A stretch of 64,000 nt of DNA from the human T2T-CHM13v2.0 reference genome, Homo sapiens (GCF_009914755.1 NC_060934.1), one strand, 5' to 3'; shown: positions 45,993 through 60,341, counted from the first letter of the stretch. Notes: generated by a model not told the origin, from the sequence alone. Numbers and translations: made by a program.

Positions 45993-47894
45993 GTTATTAC
46001 GTTTACTTTATTACTCACATAGAAAATATTACATTACACATTTATTCTATTATAATATAATAAAAAACCTTCTATCAAAGATTATGATGTACATATTAAA
46101 AATTAAAATTTTAGAAAGGCCAATAGAGAATCATGCACTTAGCTAACACAATAAAATTAACCGTTCTGCTTTCCACATTAATGGTGTAAAAGAAAAATTT
46201 GTTAGAAACAATGACCCTACATTGTGTTTTGAATATTGTTATCTGAGGGCACTCTAAAGATCTCCAGGAATATGTTTTAATAAGATTTCAGAAATAGCTT
46301 CTCTGTTCTTCTGGATGGTTGAATTTGTTAATAGTTTTTCTCATCCATGTCTCCCATTCTAAACCTGGTCTTACAGGAACTGGAATCATATTCCTTTAAA
46401 AACAAATGTTGGTTTTGCTTCCTTATAAATTTTAAGATAAAAACTTAATAATTGCCTTATATAGGTTTTGTCCTAAAATGTTAAATTTTTGACATTAAAT
46501 TACTAAAGGTCAGAATGATTATTTGTTCATGATAGGGCATGCACCACTGTTTTATCATCTGTGACAAGAAGGGTTATTTTGGTTTTGTTCTTCCATATCT
46601 TTCTCAGAACGCAGAAGCTAATTTCAAAATTATAAGAGAAAAACTGTCATTTTGCTCATTCCCCTGAATAATACAGATAAGTTTTCAAACACACATTCAT
46701 GATCATCAGTATATCTACAGGCAGTTCATGCTAATATTATAAAAGCAAAGAAATAATTAAGTAGGCTTTATCCACCAATTTGTATCCAACTAATAGCAGC
46801 TGCATTGTACTATCTAAAATTTATAATTATTTAGTCATTGACAGAATCTGTTAACTTGTGGTATGATGATTTATCCCAATTTAATATTCAATCTCTATTC
46901 TCACAGGTGGTAATGGTAATTAAAAATAATGTTGACCACACAAAAAGTGCCTGATCTGTTCTGGTGTAAGAGTCCAACAAAAACAGAATTAGAATCTTTA
47001 TTTGAATTCTAATTTTTTATTTTTTATTCTATTCTAATTTGCATGGCAAAGAGATGCCTGTAAATTCCTATCTCTGGGTTAGATAAATGGGTAGAAGACT
47101 TTAGCTATACACTGTTTGGAATGAGTCAGAAAAAAATTCTATTTGAGGATTTTGACTTAGAAGTAAAAAGGCAACTTGGTTGAGGACCAAACAGCAGTGT
47201 TTCCCAGAGAGTAATGGGTTTGAAATTGCCAAGAATAATTACAGTCTGCTTGAGAATGCAGAGAATGAAAACAACAAAAAACCCTGCCTAACTGAAAATG
47301 GTGAGTTCAGGCATTATAATTATAGCTACCATACATTTGACCTATGTCTTAAATATTCTTGACAAGTTTAAGGTGAAATTTAATTAGTAGAACTTCCAAA
47401 GTTGTTTTCTGTTTTAGAAAAGAAAGGTAACACTTGAACTTTTAATTACTCACTGTCAGAAAAATAGAGTGAGTTGGCAGTTAATTTTGTCAACAATAAA
47501 TCTGTCCAGTCAATTTTTTTATATCTTCATATACATTATTTTAAAAAATTCTTGACACATCTAAGATATAATTAGAATCTCAAAAGTTTTTCCAACTATT
47601 TTAATATTTAATTCACTAAAACAGCCTGTGAAGAAGGCACAAAGTTAAGCAACAGAGTAAAAATGAGTTGGCCTTGCATTCATTTCAAATGCCCAAGGAC
47701 TTTCTTTTGAAATGTATCATAGAACTGAACAGAAGAAAAACAAAGATTGAATATTCTTGATGAAAAACAAAGATTGAATATTCTTGATGATATGAGATTA
47801 CTTATGTACATGACATTTTATGGAAATATTAAACAGATTTTCTCCTTTTCATTTATTTTCTATATGCCTCTAAAAGCTTTTTAAACTTTATATA

Positions 47895-48057
47895 TACTAG
47901 GATTATCTGCAGTATGTGTTTAAAAATCCAGATCCCCATGTTCTCAATGCTAGAGGCTTATTTAGTGGGTCTGGAAACCTTCATTTTTAATAAGCATCTC
48001 AGAGGATTCCTCTGCTGAAGTGAAATTATATACTACATTTGCAAAACACTAATCTAG
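47895..48057. mobile_element. MER5-like (hAT-Charlie) relic
   Basis: catttttaataagcatctcagaggattc...tacatttgcaaaacactaatctag. Confidence 0.55.
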
Positions 48058-49874
48058 AAAATGTGAATGAATACCAATACCGGTTTTATCTTTATAACCT
48101 CACCGACTGTCAAACAGAGTAGTTTGAAAAGCTTGAAAGAGTTACCCTAAAAGGAGCTTAGAAGAACTAGAAGGGGGAGAAACAAAATAATTTCCTTAAC
48201 AATGGTGATAAAGGTAAATCCATTATAGTTTGCATGGATGCAGAAAATGGTTTTATGGTTGGAGCTACACACTTATAAATACAGCCTGGCTCAAGCATCT
48301 ATCTTTGGGAGTAAAGAATATTACTTTAATGTTTCTTTCTCAACTGTTCAGTACCACTTCAATAGAGTCCTAATTGAGACAGAGGATCAAAGTTGATTCT
48401 TTCTCTAGTCACAAAGATTATGTAGTCAGCCTGCCAAAAATCATTTATTTATCATGATAGATTCTGCATGGAGTATGCCAAATATCAAAATAAATTAAAT
48501 AAGCTAAAATATTATTATTCCTTTTTGATTTGAAGTAAAATAATATGTATTTTCAGTTTACAATTATTGTATGTTATTGACACAATATTTAGAGTTAAAA
48601 AAGCAGAAAAAAAATCTTTAAATGTCCCATGTACCTATGATAAGCATTATTTATATTGGGTGGTTGCATATGTCATCAAAATGTTTCTGAGGGGACAAGT
48701 CTGTCATTCTTAAATTGAATCAGTTCTAAGTAGGAATAAAGTACCCATAACCCCTAAAATTCAGATTTCTTGAAGAATTTACCTTAGATAACCTGTATAA
48801 AAATAAAATTTTTAAAAGAAGAAAGCTAGAAGGACCGAGTTCTGCCTCCTGAGTAAGAATACTCTCAGAGAAAGCGCGTGAAAGAATAAAATAACTGTTG
48901 AACAAGATCCAAAACAAATATTTTGGAAAAAGCTATAAACTTGTTTGATGGAGGATCTTCCAAGTGAAATTCTGTGTGTTATGTGTTTAGTTCCCTCCTG
49001 ATAGTTTCGTAAATCTTCATAAATATTCAATCTTCAACAATACAAGTGACAAAATATGCTGCGTATAATGAATATCATAAACACCAAGTTACACAATCAA
49101 TCCAGGCAGTTATTTCCAGCCTTAGCAAATGCATACTCTCCTCCTAAACCCTGGCTTTCTGAAGGCATACAGATAATTTATCTTAAATGGAAATTGCAAA
49201 GAAAATATTTTCCGTGTCTGGCTTAATGGGTGTAGTGCTACCTTTTACTCTCTGTCTAGTTTGGGCTAGCCCTGTGGCCACCTATCCATTTGAATACTAG
49301 TCAGCAAGGATAATCATTTGTTTACAATTTTGAGCCATATTGTGCAAGTCTGATATGAAGTTGTCATCTTTTTGTCTTCCCAAATTGCAGGAAGAGCAGA
49401 AGTAGGGAGGAGCCCTTCTGCGGGTCAGTGGTAACTTAGAAATATGACTCCTTTTAGAATGCAATAATGAACAAGGAAGAAGTACCTGAAGGAGTGAAAC
49501 ACAATTATGATTCAAGAAAATTGAAAATTATTTCTTGCAACGAAAAGATGAATCTTAACCTGTAAGATGTAGACTTGGTGGGAAAACTAGCCAAAAATCA
49601 AACAGTTGCTTTGTATATAGTTTATCTTGTTACCCAAAGTTTACAAGTTGTGCAGGTGTTCCTATGCTGAGGTAAGCATTCCTAGAATGAATGAGTGCAT
49701 CTGTTATGATGAAACTTATGTACACACTATTCTAAAACAAGAAGAATGTGGAATTAATAGAAGAAACAATAGAGACAGAGATCAAACCCTTTTTCAAATA
49801 TTTTGCGATAAACTTTGTAATTTTCTTCCTCTTTATTAGCAACCTATAGAATTTGCAGTTTTCATTTTTTAAAA

Positions 49875-52800
49875 CAATTTTTAATTGACAGATAATAGTT
49901 GTACATACTTATTAGGTATAGTGTGATATTTTGGTTCATGTATACAATATGTAATGATCAAATTAGGGTAATGATCAAATCATATCCATTACCTCAAATC
50001 TTTATCATTTATTTGTGTTGGGGACATTTAAAACCTTCTCTTCTAGCTATTTAAAAATATACAATAAAATATTTAACTATAGCCACAAAACAGTGCTATA
50101 GAACACTAGAATTTATTCTTCCTATGTAACTATAACTTTATGTCATTTAAGATCTGCCTCCACTTTCTAGCTTTTACTAGCTACCATTCTATTCTCTACT
50201 TCTATGAGATTAACTTATCTTTCTGTGCCCGACTTATTTCACTTAATATAATATCATCTAGGCTTACCCATGTTGCTGCAAATGACAGGTTGCCATTCTT
50301 TTCAATGGATGAATAATATTTTATATTGAATATATACAAAATTTTCCTTATCCATTATCTATTAATGGACACTTAGTTTGATTCCACATATTGACTATTG
50401 TGAATACTGCTGCAATTATCAAGGGGGTGGTGATATCTCTTCAATATACTGATTTCCTTTTCTTTGGATACATACCCAGCAGTATGATTACTGGATCATA
50501 TGGTAGTTCTGTTGGTACTTTCTTCAGGACAGCACCCTCCCTGCCGTTTTCCATAATAATGGTACTAATTTACATCCCCACCAACATGGTAAAAGAGATC
50601 CCTTTTCACCACATTCTCTCCATCATTTATTACATTTTGTCTTTTAGATAAGAGCGATTCTTGCTGGGATAAAATGCTATCATTGCATTTCCCTAATGAC
50701 TAGTAATGCTGAGTATTTAAAAACAAAATTTGTTTGACAATTTGTAGATTTTCTTTTTTAAAAAGTCTGTTTTTATCAACATTCACCAATTTTTAAATAA
50801 TATTTATCTGTTTTCCTGTTGAATTGAGTTCCCTATATATTGTGGATATTAATCGCTGGTCAGGTTACTAGTTTGACAACATCTCCTCTCATTCTATAGG
50901 TTGTCTTTACACTGCGGTGGTAGATTTTTTTTATGTGCAGAACATTATCCGTTTATAACCACAATTGTTTGTTTTTGTTTTAGTGCATCTGCTTTTGAGG
51001 TCTTATCTATGATAAAATTGTTTCCCAGACCAATTTTCTAAAAATGTTTTTCCAGTTTTCTTCTAGTAGTATTAGAGTTTTGGGTCCTAAGTTTAAATCT
51101 TTAAGCCACTTTGATTTGGTTTTTGTGTATGGTGAGAGACAGGGATCTAGTTTCATTTTTCTGCATAGAAATATCCAGTTTTCCCAACACCATTCATGGA
51201 AGAGACTGCCATTTTCTCAATGCAGGTTCTTGGCTCCTCTGTGAAAAATTAGTTGGCTGTAAATACCTGGATTTATACATGGTTTCTCTATTCTGTTCCA
51301 TTAGTCTATGTATCAGTTTTAAGGTGAGTACCACGCTGTTTTAGTCACTACAGCTTTGTAGTATATTTTGAAATCTGGTAGTGTGACGCCTCCAGCCTCA
51401 TTTTTGTTTGGGATTGCTTTGGCTATTCAGAGTCATTTTTGGTTCCATACAAATTTCATAATGTTTTTTCTATTTCTATTGAGAATGTCATTGATATTTT
51501 GACTGAGAATGCATTGAATCTATAGATCTTTTTGGGAAATATGGTTGTTTTAACAGTATTAATTCTTCCAGTCCATTAACATGGGACATGTTTCCATTTT
51601 TTTGTTCTGTTCAATTTTCTTCCTCAATGTTTAATAGAGTTCCTTGTAGAGATATTTCATCTCCTTAGATAAATTCATTCCTAGATTTTTCAATAGTATT
51701 GTATGTAAATGGGATTGCTTTCTTGATTTCTTTTTAGCTAGTTTATTATTGGCATATAGCAATGTTATTGATTTTTGTATGTTGATTATTTTTATCCTGC
51801 AACTTTACTAAGTTTATCAGTTTAAGAGTTTTTTAGTGGAGTCTTCAGAGTTTTCTCTATATAAGATCATATCATCTGCAAACTGAGATAACTTGCCTTC
51901 CTTGCTTTCAACTTGAATGCCATTTACTTCTTTCATTTTTCTAATTGCTCTGGCTAAAACTTCCACTACTATGTTGAATAACAGTAGTGTGAATGAGTAT
52001 CTGTGTATTATTCCTGTTTTTTTTTTCAGCTTTTCATCATTCAGAATAATGCTAGCTGTGGGTTTGTCATATATGGCTTATATTGCATTGAGGTACATTT
52101 CTTCTATTCTTCACTTGTTTAGAGTTTTTTTTATCATAAGGCATTGTTGAATTTTATCAAATTATTTTCCTGCATCTATTCCTATAATTACATAAACTTA
52201 TCTTTCATTCTGTTAATGTGAGGTATCGCATTGATTATTTGTGTATGTTGAACCATCCTTATATTCCTGGAATAAATCTCACTTAATCATGGTGTATACT
52301 CTTTTTGATGGGCTGTTGGGTTAGATATGGTAGTATTTTGTTGATGATTTTGCATCTATGTTCATCAGGGTTTTTGATCTGTTATTTTCTTTTTTGTTAG
52401 TTTCCTTACCTTGTTTTAGTATCCAGGCTATGCTGACCTCACTGAATGAGTTGGAAAGCATTATTTTCCCTTCAAGTTTTTCAAGTAGTTTGATAAAATT
52501 TTGCATTAATTTTTATTTAAATGTTTGGCAGAATCTAGCAATAAAGCTATCAAGTCTTGGGCTTTTGTTTGTTTGTTTGGGACAATTTTTATTGCTGATT
52601 CAATCTCATTACTCGTTGTTAGTTTGTTCAAGTTAATCTTTCCAAAATATAATTTTTCTTTTTTATCTTTTGTATTTTTTTAGTTTCTATTTTATTTACT
52701 TCTGTTCTCATTTTTATAATTTCTTCTTTTCTGCTAATTTGGGGATTGGTTTATAGTTGTTTGAGTTGTGTCCTTTGGTTGTTTATTTGAAATTATTTAC

Positions 52801-55152
52801 ATTTTTTATGTAGGCATTTATTGCTATAAACTTGCCTCTTAACACTACTTTTCTTGTATACAAAAAGTTTTGGTGTGTTGTTTTTGTTTACATTTGTTTC
52901 GACATATTTTTTTCCTTCCTTCCTTCTTAATTTCTTCATTAATCCGTTGGTTGTTCAGAAGCATGTTGTTTAATTTATATGTATTTGTATAGTTCAAAAG
53001 TTTCTCTTGTTATTCATTACCAGTTTTATTGCTTGGGGTAAGAAAATATGCTTGATCTGATTTCAGTTAAAACAAATTTAGACTTGTTTTGTGGACCAAC
53101 ATATAGGCAATCCTGGACCATATGCTAATGAAAAGTATGTGCATTTTCCAAATTTTGAGCTGCTGGGTGAAATGTTCTGCAACATCTATTAGGTTCATTT
53201 GGTCTATAGTACCATTGAATTTAATGTTTTGGGAGTGATTTTGTGCATTTTCTGGCTAGATGATCTGTCCAATGCTAAGAGTGGAGTATTAAAGTCCCCA
53301 GCTATTATTGTATTGGAATTGGTCTCTTCCTGTTAATTTAATGTTATTTCAAAAGACCTGTCTTCAAGTTTACAAGTTCTCCCCGTTGCTTTGTCTAGTC
53401 TGTTTGTGAAGCTCTCAATTGAATTTTTCATTTCATTTATTGAATTCTTCACATTGAAGATTTCTGTTTAGTTCTTTTTTTAATATCTCTGTTGAAATTT
53501 TCACTAAGATCATGACTTTTACTTTCTAATTTTGTTGAATTTTCTATCTATATTATCTTGTATCTTACTGAGCTTCCTTAAGATTATTATTTTGAATTTC
53601 TTTTCAGCATTTTGTATATTTCCTTTTTTAGGAAGACTGTCATTGTAGAATTATTGTGTTTCTTTGGGTTTATCATGTTTCCTTGAAATGTTATGCTTCT
53701 TTTGCCTCTATGTTGATATTTGGGCATCTAGTGACAGTGGCCTCTTCCAATCTTATGAAGTAGATTTCATAGGAAAAGATTTATTTATATAAATGGGTCC
53801 TGTGGTGTCAATTGGGTGGGTTCACTGGCTTTGGCTCTGGGTGGATGCAGTAGTATAGCCTCTGTGTAGTAAATTCATCCATAATCTATTTTAGCAATGT
53901 TTGTGAGTTCCTCAGTAGCCTAGAATGCAGAAGTTTGTAGTAGCAGAGGTGCAGTTTTGCTGGGGGTTGTCTCACTGGCTTGTTCCTCATGTCAATCACA
54001 TATGTACAAGCAGTCAGTAGGCTAGATTGGGGACTGGTTACTGGGATCAGGAATGTCATACTGTTTCTTTCACCAGGGGTGAAATACATGCCATATCCAT
54101 ACATGCTATGGCTGCTTAATCAGCTCAGGAGGACTGCAAGAGTGGATCCTGGGCTGTTCCTTTGGCCAGGTGTGCAAGCCTGTGACTGCTTGTCTGGCTT
54201 GCGGGTGTGTCTGACAGAAACAGGTCTGCTGGTCTGGGTTTGCAGTCAGGGGAATTGGTATATGGGCTGCTTGGCTGGTTTACAGGCAGGTTTTCCAGGG
54301 GAAGATCCACCTGGCTGGTTCTCTTGTCAAGGGTCATGTGGTCATGGCTGCTTGGTTGGCTTAGGAGTATGTTCACTTGGGGCAGTTTGATTGGGATATG
54401 TCTCTGTCTAGGGGTGTGGGCATGTGGCTGCTCAGCTGACTCAAGTGTGGGTCCCCTGGGCCATTTTTCCAGCTGGGAGTGGGAGCACATAGTGGTTCTC
54501 CTGGCTTGGAGTTGGTATCCCTACTGTGCAGGACTGGAGTCACAGCATTCCTGGGCCCAGACTCTGGGCAGTCAGAATTGTGGTATTCCAGCTACCCATT
54601 TAGGCCTGGGGAATGACAGCAGAGATTCAAGGCTGAAAAGACACAGTGGCTAATGGCCCCTAGAATGGGGGAACTCCAGCATTGGCTCCAGTTTTAATAT
54701 GGCACTGTGATCAGCAGCCTGGGTCATGGACAGGTGAGGAGTACACACCTGTGCTCCTAATCTAGAGCAATGCAGTCATGTGAATTCCAGGCAGCTCCCC
54801 AAACTGTGCTCAGAGCTTGTAAGAACGATGGGATTTTCCTGTAGTAGGGGCTTCAGGTACCTGTGGTGTTGATGAAGGCTGTTGGAGGGTCTTCTGATTA
54901 CATTTTCCTCACAAGGATAAATCCCTTCTGGCTCCAAGCTGGTCCAGGCAGGAAAAATAAGGCATCTGAGGAAGGATGCCTCACTCTCCTCTCTATGCTG
55001 TCATTGTGAGCTTTCACGCTCCACAGGGACCTCGCCACTTTCCTGGTGCACTCAAATGCTCTTTCTCAAATACTCCAGTCCAATTTATTACTCATTGCCT
55101 TGGTCCTTTTTCATGAAAGGGATGAGTCTAGGTGTGCCTAGTCAGTTATCTT
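49875..55152 (-). mobile_element. L1MA4/5-like LINE: 3' UTR, ORF2, part of ORF1 and a GC-richer 5' region, internally deleted
   Basis: ttttaattgacagataatagttgtacata 3' end; continuous antisense ORF2; jump to ORF1 near 53345; 5'-end-like gtcagttatcttg. Confidence 0.88.
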
Positions 55153-55861
55153 GCTTACATTACACTACACTCTCCAGAACCTGCAATTTTCATTTGAAGA
55201 GAGAAAATGATTTATCTTTTAAAATTGTTGTGTTATCAAATGTATACAAATGCAAATTGAGAATTGCATTTGCCACTGACTCTTTCAAGCAGATTTATTT
55301 TAACAGCAGTAACCAGTGGATCCAATGCTTTTCAAAGTCACTTTTTAAAATTACAAGGATACATCTTCTTAATATTTCTATCATTTCTTTAAATCACAAA
55401 GCTTTCTGTATTTATATTTGGAATATTTTGCAAAAGGAAGGAATCCACGTAGTCAGAAATCAGAAAACTTGGATAAACCGTAGCTTCACAATTTATCCAT
55501 TGTATGCTATAAGACAACATAAACATTGTGAAGGGCAGTTTTTCCCTCATTGTAAAGGGGAAATATTAGTATCTGTTCTGCATTTATTGCCATTTTTCTG
55601 TGAATATTATTTGTCATAATTTAGGTAAAGCCATGTGAAATTTTAAGTCTTGTACAAATATTATCTAAGAAGTTAGTTATGGTGGTGGGCAACCAAAGAG
55701 AGATCACTTTAAATTTTAATTTCAAGTCAATGTGTTCTGATTGCATTTCTCAGTGGCATCATCTAACTAGAAAATAGATATATTGCATTAGAAGCTTTTA
55801 GACAGATTTATTTAGTATCCCAAAGTTTAAAATGAACTCTACAAGTTCTTATTTCAGTAAC

Positions 55862-55938
55862 TTTATTAGTCTGTTCTCATGCTGCTATGAAGAAATACCT
55901 GAGACTGGGTAATTCATAAAGAAAATTCATAAAGAAAA
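55862..55938 (-). mobile_element. Short THE1/MST LTR-end fragment
   Basis: tattagtctgttctcatgctgctatgaagaaatacctgagactgggtaatt. Confidence 0.85.
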
Positions 55939-56640
55939 CAAGATAATTTGAATCTACATATCCACATTAATGTCAACATTTATTAAATTCATTTATTAAG
56001 GTTTTTATTTTTAGGGTTTTTTTGAAATACATTTAACATTTTCTTAGCTCCAAGTACTACTTTTTACCATATTCACAATAAATAATGAGTATTTTTCTGA
56101 GTGATCTCAAGTCTGAAACACATTATTACATCTTCAGATTTAAATGTGGTAAAGAGTTAGGTCAAGAATAACCAGACTGGATGATGGTGCAAACCAATCT
56201 TTGCTGGCAATATACCACACTACTTGAGAAAATAGCTATCAAAATGCCCGTTTTGAATTAGTGTAGAAACTCAGACTTTATTTAAAAAGCATAAATCAGA
56301 AACATTTGGTTCAGTGTTTTTTTCATGTTCTGAGTCATGCTCTTTATTTGGTTCTTTTAAAGTTCTGTAGACAGCTCCACTAAGAAATTTATTGCAAAAA
56401 AACCATTTTCAGCATAGATTTGCAAATATTCAAATAACATATTAGAACTTAAGTTTTTTTCAACCTATAGTTAGAAATCACTCAATCTTCTTTTTGCATA
56501 CAATAAAAATACTGTGTTGGGGTTTCTTAAGCAACCCTATAAAATTACCTAGTTTGGTTGTCACAAATTTGATTCATTTTGTATCTAAAGACATGTATTT
56601 AAATGTTATCTAACTGAATCAATTTAATAACAGGTTTTGG

Positions 56641-56998
<358 letters not shown>

Positions 56999-57317
56999 TC
57001 AGTAATAACCAAAACATTCAATTTTTGTTTTTTCTAATTAGCTTTTTAAATTTTCAAGTTGCATACTACTCCTTCTTGGGTTTCTTCTATCATTTAGGAG
57101 AAAATTATTATTTTAAATGTCTAAAATGTAGCATAATTCCAAAAACTAAATGAGATAATGTATGTGAAAGCATCTAACATAATAATCCTGGGACACTGTT
57201 GGTGTCCAAGAGAGATTCCATTTCTTCCTCTGTTTTCCTATATTAAAAACATTAAACTAAGGCATTTTCAGTCTTCCTGCCTTAAGTTTGGTCTCTCAGC
57301 AGACACTCTTTAAAAAT

Positions 57318-57366
57318 ATTTTAACTTTTATTTTAGATTCAGGGGTACACTTGCAGGTTTGTTATG
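57318..57366 (-). mobile_element. Tiny L1P 3'-terminal fragment
   Basis: ttaacttttattttagattcaggggtacac.tgcaggtttgtta. Confidence 0.7.
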
Positions 57367-57446
57367 TCCTTTTAACAGTATTCAAGGTCCGCCCAATCTG
57401 GTCCTTTTCCAAAAACTTAGTATTAGGTAGTTATTCATATTAATGG

Positions 57447-57882
57447 TGTACTAGTTCCTAGGGCTGCCATAACATAAAACAAATAGCTTAAAACAACAGA
57501 AATTTATTGTCTTATAGTTGTAGAAGCTAGAGGTCTGAAATCAAAATGTCAGCAGAGCCATATGCCCAAAGCAACCTGTAGGGGAAAATCCTTCCTTGCC
57601 TCAGTAATTTCTGGGGGCTTGTTGGCAAGTCTTAGGATTCCTTGGCTTGCAGCAAGGATTCCTATCTCTGCATCTGTTATTACATGGTATTTTCCTTGTA
57701 TGTGTCTGTATTTCTCCATCTCTTGTCTTCTTGTAATAACACTAGTGCTATTGTATTAAGGGCCCACCCTAATTTCATCATAATTAATTACATCTACAAT
57801 AAATCAATTTGCAAATAAAGTCACATTCTGTTGCAGTGGGTGCTTCAACATACCTTTTCTTGGGGACAAATTCAACCCATAA
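57447..57882 (-). mobile_element. MLT1 (MLT1B/C-like) LTR
   Basis: ctagggctgccataaca, gcttaaaacaacagaaatttattgtc, aaataaagtcacattctg. Confidence 0.85.
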
Positions 57883-57941
57883 GGGACAGGGATAGATGGA
57901 AACACCAAAAAAGTCCTTCATATGTTACTGCAAGGACTCTC

Positions 57942-58302
57942 CTATGAAATGAATGATGGTAACCTCCTAAATTTTGTGTTGAAGCCTATTCCCCAGTGTG
58001 ATGGTATTTGGAAGTTGGGACTTTGAGAATTATTAGCTTATGAGGATGATCCTCACGAATGAGATTAATGTTCTTACAAGAATAGACACCAGAGCTTGTT
58101 CTCTCTGTGCCTTCTGCTATGTGAAGATACAAAGAGAAGGTAGGAATCTGCAAACCACAAAGCTGGCCCACAATAAACAGCAGAACTGCCAGAACTTTGA
58201 TCTTGGATTTTCCAGCCTCCAGAACTGTGAGAAATAAATACTTATTGTCTAAGCTATCTAATGTATGGTATTTTGTTACAGCAGCCTGTGCGGGCTAAGA
58301 CA
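57942..58302 (+). mobile_element. MLT1A-like LTR
   Basis: cccagtgtgatggtatttgga, tgatcttggattttccagcctccagaactgtgagaaataaat, gctaagaca. Confidence 0.85.
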
Positions 58303-58760
58303 GACTCCATCAGTCAGCTAAGACATATTCCACTTCAGATATGCAATGTCCCTTCATCCATAGCCCCTCTTTCTTCTCTTTCTTGACCTCCTGGTTATCT
58401 TGGTCTTTTGATATTAGCCCTTCTGATTTTCTCAGGCATGTGATTCCAATAATCCTGTTTTTTGTTGTTGTTGTTTGTTTGTTTTTCCTCTAGGTTTCTG
58501 GCCAAGACTTGCAGAGATTTTTCTGTTAATGAAACTGAGATTTTAATGGGTTTAGATGTATCTTCATGTGATTCTGACCCCAAAACTGGGAGGAAAGGAT
58601 AAAGAGCAGCATCAATGTGGCTCTATCTGTAGAATAAATTATCTATATGATGAAAAAAATACGTTTTGTGTTAAAATTTTTGGTACAATCCAGCTGTGTT
58701 TTTATGTCCACATGAAATGAGTTTTAGTCTTTTTCTGCCTTACCAAAGCCTCTCTTCCTT

Positions 58761-58762
<2 letters not shown>

Positions 58763-58796
<34 letters not shown>

Positions 58797-59076
58797 AGAC
58801 AAGGTCTCACTCTGTCACCCAGGCTGAAGGGCAGTAGTGAGATCATGGCTTCTGCAACTTTCGCCTCCCCGGCTCAAGCAATTCTCCTGCCTCAGCCTCC
58901 CAAGAAGCTGGGACTACAGGCATGTTCCACCACGCCCGGCTAATTTTTGTGTTTTTTGTAGAGACAGGGTTTCGCTATGTTGGCCAGGCTGGTCTCAAAC
59001 TCCTGAGCTCAGATGACCTGTTAAGCTCGGCCTCCCAAAGTGCTGGGATTACAGGTGTGATCAACTGCACCTGGCC
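58763..59076 (-). mobile_element. AluJ/old AluS SINE with a 33-nt pure tail
   Basis: Full dimer; TSD ctctcttccttaatt / cactctttcttaatt. Confidence 0.92.
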
Positions 59077-59953
59077 CACTCTTTCTTAATTCTAATCTGA
59101 GTTAGCCCTCAAGATGCTAGTGGGTGCTTGTATGTGTGTATGCATGCATGCGTGCATGTGTGTGTGCGTGTTTGTTGTGATGGTGGTAGGAGGGGAAACT
59201 TCATTCTGAGAAAGATATGAGGAAACAAAGGAAGCCCCTTGTCACAGGTGGCAAAAGCATAGTGCAAAACCCAAACCCCACCAAGAACAAATAAATATTC
59301 TGAATTTTACTAATTTTTCAGAAAAAAATACTTGTTTATACTTCTCATTAGCTCTCTGTGAGACAACTCTATGAACACATAATAAATTATTTGACTTTGT
59401 CTAGAAAAGATGATTTATATATTTATTTAAAGTTTATTAAATCTAAATGTATTTAGGTAATTTAAGTACCTAAAGACTAAAATGTAGTTTTGTGTAGTGC
59501 TCAGTTTATTAATGCGCAAAAATTCTGTAAATTTGCTAAAGAACATTACTCTTTAGCAGATACTATTCTTTATCACAAGAGGGAGAACTGGAAATGCCAT
59601 GATCTTAGCTTAACAAGAGAATCATGGATTAATAAGTAAAATTATAAATCTGTGTAATAAAAAGGAAAAGTAGATATTTCTATATTCACTTAACTCTGTA
59701 TGTAGATTTTTAAGCTATGTGAGAGAAATAAGAAGGGACCACTGAGGATGTGGAAAGTTAATTTGCATAAGCAGTTCTGTGATGAAAATAATAGACAAAA
59801 ATCTACTAAGTTTAAGTTGACATTTGGGGTACCTAATGCAAATATGTCACACCCTTTAGTTTATTACTCCTTATCACGACTATCTTAGGGCACCAAATTT
59901 CTGGAGGTGGTGTCAGGGGTAGTAGTTGATTTTGGTGGATTTTGAGACAAAAA

Positions 59954-60322
59954 GTATTAGTCAGCTTGGACTGCTGTAGCAAAATACCACAGACTAGGTG
60001 GCTTAAATAACAAATATTTATTCTCACAGTTCTGGAGGCTGGGAAATGTTAGATCAATCTTCTGGCAGATCTGGTGTCTAGTGAAGGCACTCTTCCTGCC
60101 TTGCAGATAGTCATCATCTCATTGTTTCCTCAACTGGTAGAGAGCAGAGAGAGCAAGCTAGGTCTCATTTCTCTTTTTATAAGGGCACTAATTCCATTCA
60201 TGAGGGCTCCACATTAATGAACTAATCACCTCCCTACAGCCCCACCTCCAAACACCATCACATTGGTGGGCAGGATTTCAACATATACATTTTAGGGAGA
60301 CACAAATATTCAGTCCATTACA
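59954..60322 (-). mobile_element. MLT1A/MST-type LTR
   Basis: aaaataccacagactaggtggcttaaa, ttctcacagttctggaggctggg, aagggcactaattccattcatgagggc. Confidence 0.85.
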
Positions 60323-60341
60323 GCATGAGACTCTTACTAGT

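Noticed and set aside
55056-55619. 187-aa ORF
   Set aside because: Starts in L1 5' sequence and runs into AT-rich/MIR-like DNA; no recognisable domain.
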